DNA of 32,000 nt. Source: Methylorubrum extorquens. Lineage in GTDB: Bacteria > Pseudomonadota > Alphaproteobacteria > Rhizobiales > Beijerinckiaceae. Below are positions 16,702-24,832 of this stretch, one piece after another; the first letter of the stretch is position 1; each line of letters opens with the position of its first letter. The stretch is from the NCBI GenBank assembly GCA_900234795.1, contig LT962688.1, forward strand, positions 4,620,001 to 4,652,000, written 5' to 3'. The position numbers were made by a program, and so were the translations under genes. The notes beneath the pieces are model-generated. The model was given only the letters and a program-made list of their open reading frames with translations, made no database searches and was not told the origin of the DNA.

Positions 16702-17421
16702 ATGTCATCCTCCGCCTTCGATCCGACGGTTGCCCTCGATCCCCGGCTCGCCGGCCGGCTCGCCTTCCTGCCGCGGCTGCCGGGTAAGCCGCCGCTGCCG
16801 CCGGGCCGCCATGCGCTCGGCCTGTTCGAGACCCGCGACGCGATGCTCCGCGTGCCCGAGCACATCGATCCACGCCTGCCGACGCCGCTCGTTGTCCTGT
16901 TCCATGGCGGCGGTGGCAGCGCCGAAAAGATCCTGCCGATGCTGGAGGCCCATGCCGACAAGCGCGGCTTCCTGCTGCTCGCGCCGCAATCGCTGCACCC
17001 GACCTGGGATCTCGTGATCGCCGGCAACGGGCCGGACCGCGAGCGGCTCGACCGGGCGCTCGCCGAGGTCGCAGATCGCTTCCTACTTGACCCAGGCCAT
17101 CTCGCTTTCGCGGGCCATTCGGACGGCGGCAGTTACGCGCTGTCCCTCGGGCTCACCAACGGTGACCGGGTCAGCCACCTGATCGTGTCGTCCGCCGGGT
17201 TCATGTCGGTCCAGGTGCAGGCGGGTGCGCCCAAAATCTTCCTGTCGCACGGCACCCGCGACGAGCAGATCCCGATCGACCGGAGCGCCCGCAACCACGC
17301 TCGGCTGCTTCGGGCGGCGGGCTACGACCTCACCTACGTCGAGTACGATGGCCCGCACGCCTACAATCCGGACGTGGTGGGCCAGGCCGTGGACTTCTTC
17401 CTGGGCGATTTCTTCGGTTAG
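16702..17421 (+). CDS. Alpha/beta hydrolase, phospholipase/carboxylesterase-type esterase
   Basis: 239 aa. Oxyanion region LVVLFHGGGGS, nucleophile elbow GHSDGG, late Asp/His (SHGTRDEQIP ... DGPHAY). ATG 16702. The ORF-track start at 16534 runs through the repeat element. Confidence 0.8.
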   Translation: MSSSAFDPTVALDPRLAGRLAFLPRLPGKPPLPPGRHALGLFETRDAMLRVPEHIDPRLPTPLVVLFHGGGGSAEKILPMLEAHADKRGFLLLAPQSLHPTWDLVIAGNGPDRERLDRALAEVADRFLLDPGHLAFAGHSDGGSYALSLGLTNGDRVSHLIVSSAGFMSVQVQAGAPKIFLSHGTRDEQIPIDRSARNHARLLRAAGYDLTYVEYDGPHAYNPDVVGQAVDFFLGDFFG

Positions 17422-17442
17422 GCGGCGCGGGCTTGTCGATAC

Positions 17443-17469
17443 GGCATCCGCTTCGATCAAGCGGATGCC
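17443..17469 (+). terminator. Terminator-like hairpin after the esterase gene
   Basis: GGCATCCGCTT, loop CGATC, AAGCGGATGCC (perfect 11-bp stem). Weak T content downstream (CTTCAAAG). Confidence 0.45.
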
Positions 17470-17628
17470 CTTCAAAGACCCGGACAACGAAAAACCGGAC
17501 CGACGGAGTCGGCCCGGGAAAGTCATCGGAGGAGGAAGAAACCCGGGCGTCATGCCCGGTCATGCGCTCCCGGGGCGATGCCCCGTCCCGGGAGGATCAT
17601 GGCCGAAAGAGACTGGCCATCCTGTACG

Positions 17629-17652
17629 GGCAGCGCGGAGATCCGCGCTGCC
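17629..17652 (-). terminator. Terminator-like hairpin downstream of frc paralogue 2
   Basis: GGCAGCGCGGA-GA-TCCGCGCTGCC, 11-bp arms, 10 nt after the TAA stop (17662-17664). No U-tract. Confidence 0.4.
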
Positions 17653-17661
17653 GCTTCCCCT

Positions 17662-18912
17662 TTAGACCGCGCGCGACTCGTGCATCGCGGCGATCTGCTC
17701 GGGCGAGTAGCCGAGGCCCGCGAGGACCTCGTCGGTGTGCTCGCCCAGAAGCGGCGAAGCCTTGATGTCGACCTTCAGGTCCGAGAACTTGATCGGGGAA
17801 CCGACGGTCAGATACGAGCCGAGCTTGGGATGCGGCACCTCGACGATGGTGCCGCTGGCGCGCAGCGACGGATCGGCGGCGATTTCCTTCATCGACAGCA
17901 CCGGCGAGCACGGGATGTCGAACTTGCGCAGGATATCGACGGCCTCGAACTTGGTCTTGTCGGCCAGCCAATCCTCGATGATGGCGAAGATTTCGAAGAT
18001 CTTGTCCTGGCGGGCGCGGGGCGTGTTGTAGGCCGGATCGTCGATCCACTCCTCACGGCCGAGCGCCTTGCAGATCGGGGCCCAGGCGTGGCCCTGGATC
18101 GTGAAGTAGATGTAGGCGTTGGGGTCCGTCTGCCAGCCCTTGCACTTGAGCACCCAGCCCGGCTGGCCGCCGCCGCCCGCGTTGCCGCCGCGCGGCACCA
18201 CGTCCGTGAACTCGCCGTGCGGGTATTGCGGGTATTCCTCGAGGTAGCCGATGGCATCGAGACGCTGCTGGTCGCGCAGCTTCACGCGGCAGAGGTTGAT
18301 CACCGAATCCTGCATCGACACGGCGACCTTCTGGCCCTTGCCGGTCTTGGTCTTCTGGTGCAGCGCCGTGAGGATGCCGATGGCCAGATGCATGCCGGTG
18401 TTCGAGTCACCGAGCGCGGCGGCCGACACGGTGGGCGGGCCGTCCCAGAAGCCGGTGGTCGAGGCGGCACCGCCCGCGCACTGGGCCACGTTCTCGTAGA
18501 CCTTCAGATCTTCGTAGTGGTGCCCGTCGGAGAAGCCCTTCACCGAGGCGAGGATCATGCCCGGGTTGAGCTCCTGGATGCGGGCCCAGGTGAAGCCCAT
18601 GCGATCAAGCGCGCCGGGGCCGAAATTCTCGACCATCACGTCGGATTCTTGGATCAGCTTTTCCAGGACTTCCTTGCCCTGCGGGTTCTTGGTGTCCAGC
18701 GTCAGCGAACGCTTGTTGGAGTTGAGCATCGTGAAGTAGAGCGCATCCGCGTCCTCGACGTGGCGAAGCTGGTTGCGCGTCACGTCGCCCGAGCCCGGAC
18801 GCTCGACCTTGATCACGTCCGCCCCGAACCACGCGAGGAGCTGGGTGCAGGCGGGGCCCGCCTGGACGTGGGTGAAATCGATGATTCTGATCCCGTCGAG
18901 CGGCTGGGTCAT
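17662..18912 (-). CDS. frc: Formyl-CoA:oxalate CoA-transferase, paralogue 2
   Basis: 416 aa. [43 protein letters not shown], canonical Gly loop [36 protein letters not shown] precedes ATG 18912. About 65% identical by eye to paralogue 1. Confidence 0.95.
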   Translation of the reverse strand: MTQPLDGIRIIDFTHVQAGPACTQLLAWFGADVIKVERPGSGDVTRNQLRHVEDADALYFTMLNSNKRSLTLDTKNPQGKEVLEKLIQESDVMVENFGPGALDRMGFTWARIQELNPGMILASVKGFSDGHHYEDLKVYENVAQCAGGAASTTGFWDGPPTVSAAALGDSNTGMHLAIGILTALHQKTKTGKGQKVAVSMQDSVINLCRVKLRDQQRLDAIGYLEEYPQYPHGEFTDVVPRGGNAGGGGQPGWVLKCKGWQTDPNAYIYFTIQGHAWAPICKALGREEWIDDPAYNTPRARQDKIFEIFAIIEDWLADKTKFEAVDILRKFDIPCSPVLSMKEIAADPSLRASGTIVEVPHPKLGSYLTVGSPIKFSDLKVDIKASPLLGEHTDEVLAGLGYSPEQIAAMHESRAV

Positions 18913-19012
18913 CTCGGTCTTCTCCCTATTTCGACTTCGTTGTGGGTCGTTGTTGGAAAATCGAAAAATATTAAGGCCGGTAATATTGCTGAATGGCTCA
19001 GGCGCCCCGCCT

Positions 19013-19462
19013 TCAGGCGCAGACGAGGGTGCCCAAAGCCTCTTCCAGCTCCGCCACGCGGCGGCGCAGGGAGCGCTCTTCCTGAAAGCGCTCGGTCTCG
19101 TCGCGGATGACCGCGGCGATGCCGGTGACCTCGCCCGCCGCGCCGTGCAGCAGCGCGACGGTGAAGGCGATCGACAGGGCCCGGCCATCCTTGTGCAGGG
19201 CCGGAACCTTGAGCAGCGACGTGCCGTAGCGGGTCTCGCCCGTGCGCATCGTCTTGGCGTAGCCGTCCCAGTGGCGTCGGCGGTGACGCTCCGGGGTGAT
19301 GAGGTCGAGGCTCTGCCCGAGCGCCTCGGCTTCCGAGAAGCCGAAGATCCGCTCCGCGGCCGGATTCCAGACGACGATCCGTCCGTCCGCGTCGGAGATC
19401 ACCACCGCGTCACCGATCGCCGCGACGAGGCCGGACGTGTCGAAGGTCTGCGATTGGGCCAT
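19013..19462 (-). CDS. Stand-alone PAS-domain protein with short C-terminal coiled-coil-like tail
   Basis: 149 aa. PAS S-box-like [41 protein letters not shown] and [15 protein letters not shown]. No output domain. Confidence 0.8.
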   Translation of the reverse strand: MAQSQTFDTSGLVAAIGDAVVISDADGRIVVWNPAAERIFGFSEAEALGQSLDLITPERHRRRHWDGYAKTMRTGETRYGTSLLKVPALHKDGRALSIAFTVALLHGAAGEVTGIAAVIRDETERFQEERSLRRRVAELEEALGTLVCA

Positions 19463-19632
19463 CGGTTGCCCCCCTTCCGCCGGTTGCTAGCCCTGAGGCC
19501 GCGCTGTGAGCGGAGAGATGCGATGTCTGTCGAGGATGCCGCGTTCGGTCATGGCAGGCGTTGCCTCCTTGGCTTCCCGGGTCTCGGGCCTTCCGGATCG
19601 AGATCGCTCTTTCCGGTGGCTCGTCATTGGCA

Positions 19633-19648
19633 TCTGGTATACCAGATA
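19633..19648. promoter_or_regulatory. Candidate operator, site G: perfect 16-bp palindrome ATCTGGTATACCAGAT
   Basis: Perfect dyad containing TGGTATACCA, which fits the GntR/FadR-type T.GT..AC.A pattern. It lies in the divergent PAS(-frc)/osmC intergenic region, 81 nt before the osmC ATG and 171 nt before the PAS ATG. Confidence 0.5.
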
Positions 19649-19728
19649 CGAATGGCAGGTCAAGGCACAGTGCGGGGCTCGAACGAGATCGCGCAAAGGT
19701 GGGTTGATAGGGAGGCGAGGAGGCCACG

Positions 19729-20172
19729 ATGTCGGACAAGCACAGCATTCGGATCCGGCAGATCGAGGCCTATGCCTTCCGAATCGACTTCGGCGAGAGC
19801 TTCGTGCCGCTGCTGACGGACGAGCCCGAGCCGATCGGCGGCGGCACCGGTCCCTCGCCGGAGCAGGTGCTGATCGCCGCCGTGAGCAACTGCCTGTGCG
19901 CGAGCCTCGCCTTCGCGCTCGGCAAGTACCGGCAGGAGGGTGGGGGCGTGAGCGCCGAGGCGATCGGGCGCGTGGCCCGCAATGCGGAAGGCCGCCTGCG
20001 CCTCGTCGGGATCGAGGTCGATATCGCGCTCGGTGCGCCCGCCGAGTCGATGGACCGGCTCGACCGCGTGCTCGCTCAGTTCGAGCAGTTCTGCACCGTG
20101 TCCGAGAGCGTCAAGGCCGGCGTTCCGGTGGCGGTCGCGGTGCGGGACGGCCAGGGCAACCGCCTGAAATAG
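19729..20172 (+). CDS. OsmC/Ohr-family protein (putative peroxiredoxin-like)
   Basis: 147 aa. EPIGGGTGPSPEQVLIAAVSNCLCASL and FCTVSESV, the two Cys regions typical of the OsmC fold. RBS GGGAGGCGAGGAGG upstream. Confidence 0.75.
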   Translation: MSDKHSIRIRQIEAYAFRIDFGESFVPLLTDEPEPIGGGTGPSPEQVLIAAVSNCLCASLAFALGKYRQEGGGVSAEAIGRVARNAEGRLRLVGIEVDIALGAPAESMDRLDRVLAQFEQFCTVSESVKAGVPVAVAVRDGQGNRLK

Positions 20173-20204
20173 ACAGGCCTGAAACAGACAGGGAGGAACG
20201 AGCG

Positions 20205-20573
20205 ATGAGCGAGACGCAGCGGGACGTGGCACGCGAGCCGGAGGATCTGGCCCGGCTCTTCAACGAACGCGCCAATGCCGGCGATGCCGAAGGGCTGGTC
20301 GCCCTGTACGAGCCGCAGGCGGTGGTGGCCGCGGGCGACATCGTGGCGACCGGCCACGACGAAATCCGCCGCTTCTATACCGATCTGCTCGCGCGCAAGT
20401 CGGACTTCCCCGAACCCGAGACCCTGCCGGCGATCCGCAACGGCGACCTCGCGCTGACCTTCGCGCGGCTGCCGAACGGCGCGCTCTCGGTCGAATCGGC
20501 CCGCCGCCAATCGGACGGGACGTGGCGCTGGGCCATCGACCAACTCAAGCTCAAGCCCATCGCCAAATCCTGA
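20205..20573 (+). CDS. NTF2-like / SnoaL-DUF4440-type small protein
   Basis: 122 aa. LFNERANAGDAEGLVALYEPQAVV...GHDEIRRFYTDLL and GTWRWAIDQ, typical of the NTF2-like fold. RBS GGGAGGAA precedes ATG 20205. 32 nt after osmC. Confidence 0.65.
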   Translation: MSETQRDVAREPEDLARLFNERANAGDAEGLVALYEPQAVVAAGDIVATGHDEIRRFYTDLLARKSDFPEPETLPAIRNGDLALTFARLPNGALSVESARRQSDGTWRWAIDQLKLKPIAKS

Positions 20574-20586
20574 CGGGCTCCAAAGC

Positions 20587-20695
20587 GGGTTTCGAAAGGA
20601 CAAGTTCTTTCGCGGGTCCAGGGCAGAGCCCTGGTGAAGGGACATCGGGGCGCTGCCCCGATGTCTCGCCAAACGAATGATCCCTTTGGAAACCC
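20587..20695. repeat. Nested inverted-repeat structured element between convergent genes (bidirectional terminator or REP-like)
   Basis: Outer arms GGGTTTCGAAAGG (20587-20599) and CCTTTGGAAACCC (20683-20695), 12 of 13 complementary. They enclose the hairpins CCAGGGC-AGA-GCCCTGG (20618-20634) and GACATCGGGGC-GCT-GCCCCGATGTC (20641-20665). Confidence 0.5.
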
Positions 20696-20696
20696 G

Positions 20697-21887
20697 TTAA
20701 TCCGCCGAGGCCGAGCGGCGCGGCGTGGCGTTGCGCCGGCTGGCGAAGACGCCGGGGGCCGTGCCGGGCACCACGACCAGGCGCCGGACCTCGCCGCTCA
20801 GATAGGCCTGGAGGAAGCGGGTGTAGTTCCGGAACACGACGCAGCCGTTCGAGGCGCCGCTCGGGCCCAGCATGTAGGTGTGGGCGAGGATGCCGTCGCG
20901 CCCGTGGATGGCGGCCGAGCCACCGACCGGATTGAGGCGGATCGCTCGCACCCCATGGAACAGCGCCTCGCGCTCCCGCAGGTCGTAGACCCCGGGCGGG
21001 GTGGCGCCGCGCATCCGGATATGAACGTGGTCCGGGTTGTCCTGGGCGACGCCGAGGCCGGAATGGGCTTCCAGCACCTCGCCGCTTGGCAGCGTCACGG
21101 TGGCGGCGCTGATGTCGTAGACGGCGACCCCCGGCTCAGAGACTGGGCCCGGCACGACGCGCCGCCGCGCGGCCGAATCGACCGCCCCGCTGTCGAGCCC
21201 GGCATAGGCCATCGCCTTGTCCGAGGACGGCGTGGGCGTCGAACCCGGCAGATCGAACATCTTCTCGAGGAAGTTGCGGTTATCGGTGACCGCGGCGCTG
21301 AACACGCTGCGGGTCGGCTCGGTGGAGGCGCGCGCCGTGGATGCGGTGGCGATCCGAGGCGTCGCCGCTCGGGCGGTCTGCGTGCGCGGCTCGTAGCGGA
21401 ATTCGTCGGGCCGCCGCACCGGCAACGGCACCGTGAGGGCGAGGCGGGCCGTCGGCGCGGCCGGGCGCGGTGTGATGGCGGGCGCGGCGTCGGCAGCCTG
21501 CTCCGCGGGGAGGGCGGCCAGGGTCGTGACCGGCTCCGATGGGGCAGGCTGCGACTTGGAAGGCTCCGCCACGGGTGGCGCCCGGAAGGCGGACACCTGC
21601 GCGGTCCGCGGGACGAAGCCGCCGGACGCGGTGTCGAGCACGGGGGTGGGGTCGAGCATCCAGGCCAGCGCGCCGGGCGCGGCCTGCACGGCCGCCGCCC
21701 CGTCGGCCTCGGCCGAGACCTGCGCGGTTTCCACGGGGGCGGGCGCGGCGCGATCCTGTGGTTGCAGGATCCCGGCGACCGCGAGACCCCCGAGGGCGGT
21801 CAGCGCGAGCGCCGCGACAGGCGGGCGGCGCCGACGGCGGATGACGGGCCGGGCGGAGCGACTCTGGACGAGCTCGGCGATGTCCAT
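20697..21887 (-). CDS. DUF2778 / Tlde1-like L,D-transpeptidase-fold protein with N-terminal membrane anchor and long Pro/Ala-rich linker
   Basis: C-terminal AIHGRDGILAHTYMLGPSGASNGCVVF (YkuD-like H...SxGC catalytic motif). N-terminal RRRRRPPVAALALTALGGLAVAGIL anchor. Start at ATG 21887. Confidence 0.7.
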   Translation of the reverse strand: MDIAELVQSRSARPVIRRRRRPPVAALALTALGGLAVAGILQPQDRAAPAPVETAQVSAEADGAAAVQAAPGALAWMLDPTPVLDTASGGFVPRTAQVSAFRAPPVAEPSKSQPAPSEPVTTLAALPAEQAADAAPAITPRPAAPTARLALTVPLPVRRPDEFRYEPRTQTARAATPRIATASTARASTEPTRSVFSAAVTDNRNFLEKMFDLPGSTPTPSSDKAMAYAGLDSGAVDSAARRRVVPGPVSEPGVAVYDISAATVTLPSGEVLEAHSGLGVAQDNPDHVHIRMRGATPPGVYDLREREALFHGVRAIRLNPVGGSAAIHGRDGILAHTYMLGPSGASNGCVVFRNYTRFLQAYLSGEVRRLVVVPGTAPGVFASRRNATPRRSASAD

Positions 21888-22334
21888 TGCGGGCGGTACT
21901 CGACAACGCGGATCCCACACGGCCTCCCGCCGTCATCCCCGGCTATCTGTGCCAGAATGACAAAACGAGATGGCTTCGCCGATTAGGGAAGGATCAACCT
22001 TAAGCCTTCGTCATTCAACGGGATCTTGGTTAATCTTGCCTAAAGCTCGGTCACGTCCTTCGAAAAACGTTCGATGCGGTTTCTCGACGGCTGCGCCGTG
22101 CTACGAGGCGGTAGCCTCTACCAACCGCCGCGGCGCAGTGCGCGCTCGATCACGGGATCGACCGGGCGATCGCCATCGTCTCGCGTTCCCGCCTTCAGGC
22201 CGATGCAGGAAGTGCAGCCGCCATGGGGCTTCTCGCCGAGCCCTTGTGCTCTACGGGCCACAGGTTGTGTGATGTTGTTACATTTCATTGGCCGGTCTGT
22301 TGACCCTGCGCCGCATCGCAGCGAAGTTGCTGCG

Positions 22335-22518
22335 GCCAAGGTTCCCCCGGATGCATGTCCGAGGGCTAAGAGGGAATTCGGTAAGCCCGTCCGGGCGAGG
22401 CCGAAGCTGCCCCCGCAACTGTGAGCGGCGAGCCACCGTCGTCGAAGGTCACTGGTGCCCTGCACCGGGAAGGCCGAGACGGGGGCGCTGACCCGTGAGC
22501 CAGGAGACCTGCCTTGGC
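22335..22518 (+). promoter_or_regulatory. Cobalamin (B12) riboswitch
   Basis: P1 arms GCCAAGG (22335-22341) and CCTTGGC (22512-22518). Conserved core AAGAGGGAATTCGGT (22368-22382), GAAGCTGCCCCCGCAACTGTGAGC (22404-22426), CACTGG...CCGGGAAGGC (22450-22473) and B12 box GAGCCAGGAGACCTGCC (22497-22513). Confidence 0.85.
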
Positions 22519-22636
22519 GCGACGATGTCCCCCGGGCGGGGTGCTCCGGCGGCGTGCCTGATCGGCGAGAGCGTTCCCCTGCGCTCCCGGCGGGGCACCC
22601 GCTCGGGCCCGCACCCGAACAGCCAGAGCGCGCCTT

Positions 22637-24832
22637 GTGACAGTTCGGACGATCCTGAACGCCATCGACGTCCCGGCCCGGCGCCCGCCTTGGATGCTCG
22701 CCGCGCTGCTCTGCGCCAGCCTGCACGGCCCGGAGGCGCGGGCGCAGGAATCGGTCACCCTGGAGGAACTGGCGGTCGAGGGCGAAGGCCGCGGCGTCGG
22801 CAACGGCGCATCGGACGGCCGGACCAGCGCCGCTGGCACGATCGGCCTGATCGGGCCGACGCCGGGCTACCGCGCCGACCGCGCGGTGAGCAGCACGAAG
22901 ACCGACACGCCCCAGCGCGACGTGCCCCAGATCGTCACGGTCGCCCCGCGCGAGGTCATCACGGATCTCGCCGCCACCCGCGTCGATCGCGTCTTCAACT
23001 ACACGCCGGGCGTGGCGCAGCAGAACAATTTCGGCGGCCTGTCGGTGTTCAGCTACGCCATCCGCGGCGTCACCACGTCCGAGATCTACAAGAACGGCTT
23101 TCCGCTCAACCGCGGCACGCCGCCCCCGCCCGACGCCCAGAACGTCGAGCGCGTCGAGGTGCTCAAAGGCCCCGGCGGCGGGCTGTTCGGGCGCAGCGAT
23201 CCGGGCGGGCTCGTCAATATCATCACCAAGCAGCCGACCGTCGAGCGCTTCGTCGAGATGGGCGGGTTGTGGGACTCGTTCGGGCAGTTCCGCGGCACGG
23301 TCGATTCCGGCGGCGCGCTGAACGAGGAGGGCACGCTCGCCTACCGCTTCAATCTCGCCGCCGGCCGCCAGGGCAGCTTTCGCGATTTCGTCGACAGCGA
23401 CCGGCTGCTCGTGGCGCCCGTCCTGAGCTGGCAGATCACGCCGGACACGCGCATCACCGTCGAGACCGAGTTCCTGCGCAACCGCATCGTCTTCGACCGC
23501 GGCGTCATCGCCCTCAACGGGCGGCTCGGGCTCTTGCCGATCTCGCGCTTCCTCGGCGAGCCGGGCCAGAGCACCTATCAGACCAACAACACGATGCAGG
23601 TCCGCGTCGATCACCGCTTCAACGCCGATTGGCAGATGCGGCTCGCCACCCACTTCAACACCGGCACGCTGGAGGGCGAATCCGCCGAGATCCGCGCCAT
23701 CGCCGCCGACAACCGCACCGTCGCGCGCGACCGCAACATCCGCGACTACCGCTGGGACGTGGCGATCGGCCAGGCGGAGGTGGTCGGGCGCTTCGACACC
23801 GCCGGAATCGGCCACACCATGCTGCTCGGCTTCGAGCGCGAGAGCACCGACAGCCGGGTCGTCTACAACCGCTCGAACTTCCGCACGAGCCCCTACGCGA
23901 TCGACATCTATGATCCGCGCTACGGCCAGCCGCTGCCGCCGATCACCATCCCGCGCAACAACCTCGAGCGGATCACCAACACCGCCCTCTATGCGCAGGA
24001 CCAGATCGTCCTCACGCCCGAATGGAAGGCGCTGCTCGGCGTGCGCTTCGACTTCTTCGAACAGTCGTTCCGCGAGCGCATCCCGCGGTCCCAGGTCGAT
24101 CAGACCTACTTTGCCGCGACGCCCCGCGCCGGCCTCGTCTATCAGCCGCTGCCCGAACTCTCCCTCTACGCCAATGTCGGCACGAGTTTCCGCCCCAATA
24201 TCGGTCCCGATGCCGCCGCCTCCGCCTCTGGGCCGTTCGCGCCGGAAACCGGGATCGGCTACGAGGTCGGCGCCAAGCTCGACCTCTATGGCGGCGCGCT
24301 GGCGCTGACCGGCACCGCCTTCCGGATCGACCGGGAGAACGTGCTGACGCCGGAGGCCAACGGCAGCGGTTTCTCCGTGGCGGTCGGCGGGGTGCGCAGC
24401 CAGGGCTTTGAGCTGACCGCCGCCGGCCAGATCACGCCGGAGATCAAGTTGCTGGCGGGCTATGTCTACGCGGAGGCCGTGGTCACCGAAGATCCGACCT
24501 TGCCGGCCGGCACGCCGCTCATCAACGTGCCGCGCCATTCCGGCAGCCTGCTCGCCGTTCACGAGGTGCAGGCCGGCCCGTGGAAGGGGCTCGGGCTCGG
24601 CGGCGGCGTGCGCGGCGTCGGCGAGCGAGCGGCGGACGCGGTCAACAGCTTCTCCCTGCCGGCCTATATCGCCGTCGATGCGCTCGCCTATTACCGCTAC
24701 GAGAACTTCCGCTTCGGGCTGAACATCGAGAACGTGTTCGACACCGAGTATTACGAGAGCTCCCTCAACCGCTTCCGGGTCTATCCCGGCGCGCCCCGGC
24801 GCTTCACCGGAACGATGACGGTGCGGTTCTGA
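22637..24832 (+). CDS. TonB-dependent outer-membrane receptor (siderophore-receptor-like architecture), B12-riboswitch controlled
   Basis: 731 aa. Signal peptide ...WMLAALLCASLHGPEARAQ, TonB-box-like VTLEELAVEG, plug motif TKTDTPQRDVPQIVTVAPREVI, VEVLKGPGGGLFG, terminal ...TMTVRF. GTG 22637 is preferred; alternative ATG at 22694. Confidence 0.9.
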   Translation: MTVRTILNAIDVPARRPPWMLAALLCASLHGPEARAQESVTLEELAVEGEGRGVGNGASDGRTSAAGTIGLIGPTPGYRADRAVSSTKTDTPQRDVPQIVTVAPREVITDLAATRVDRVFNYTPGVAQQNNFGGLSVFSYAIRGVTTSEIYKNGFPLNRGTPPPPDAQNVERVEVLKGPGGGLFGRSDPGGLVNIITKQPTVERFVEMGGLWDSFGQFRGTVDSGGALNEEGTLAYRFNLAAGRQGSFRDFVDSDRLLVAPVLSWQITPDTRITVETEFLRNRIVFDRGVIALNGRLGLLPISRFLGEPGQSTYQTNNTMQVRVDHRFNADWQMRLATHFNTGTLEGESAEIRAIAADNRTVARDRNIRDYRWDVAIGQAEVVGRFDTAGIGHTMLLGFERESTDSRVVYNRSNFRTSPYAIDIYDPRYGQPLPPITIPRNNLERITNTALYAQDQIVLTPEWKALLGVRFDFFEQSFRERIPRSQVDQTYFAATPRAGLVYQPLPELSLYANVGTSFRPNIGPDAAASASGPFAPETGIGYEVGAKLDLYGGALALTGTAFRIDRENVLTPEANGSGFSVAVGGVRSQGFELTAAGQITPEIKLLAGYVYAEAVVTEDPTLPAGTPLINVPRHSGSLLAVHEVQAGPWKGLGLGGGVRGVGERAADAVNSFSLPAYIAVDALAYYRYENFRFGLNIENVFDTEYYESSLNRFRVYPGAPRRFTGTMTVRF

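Noticed and set aside
17578-19110. 510-aa plus-strand ORF opposite frc paralogue 2
   Set aside because: Shadow ORF. The minus-strand frame carries the complete Frc signature.
22030-22044. TTAA-N7-TAAA, a near match to the CtrA box TTAA-N7-TTAAC, upstream of the DUF2778 gene
   Set aside because: It is an imperfect single site in a locally AT-richer region. It cannot be distinguished from chance without a genome-wide matrix scan.
22118-22288. 56-aa minus-strand ORF MKCNNITQPV...GGCTSCIGLKAG...RRGGW in the region upstream of the riboswitch
   Set aside because: The N-terminal codons have low GC3, there is no RBS and I recognise no family. The single CxxC is not sufficient. It may merit a check by Ribo-seq but is not reported as a feature.
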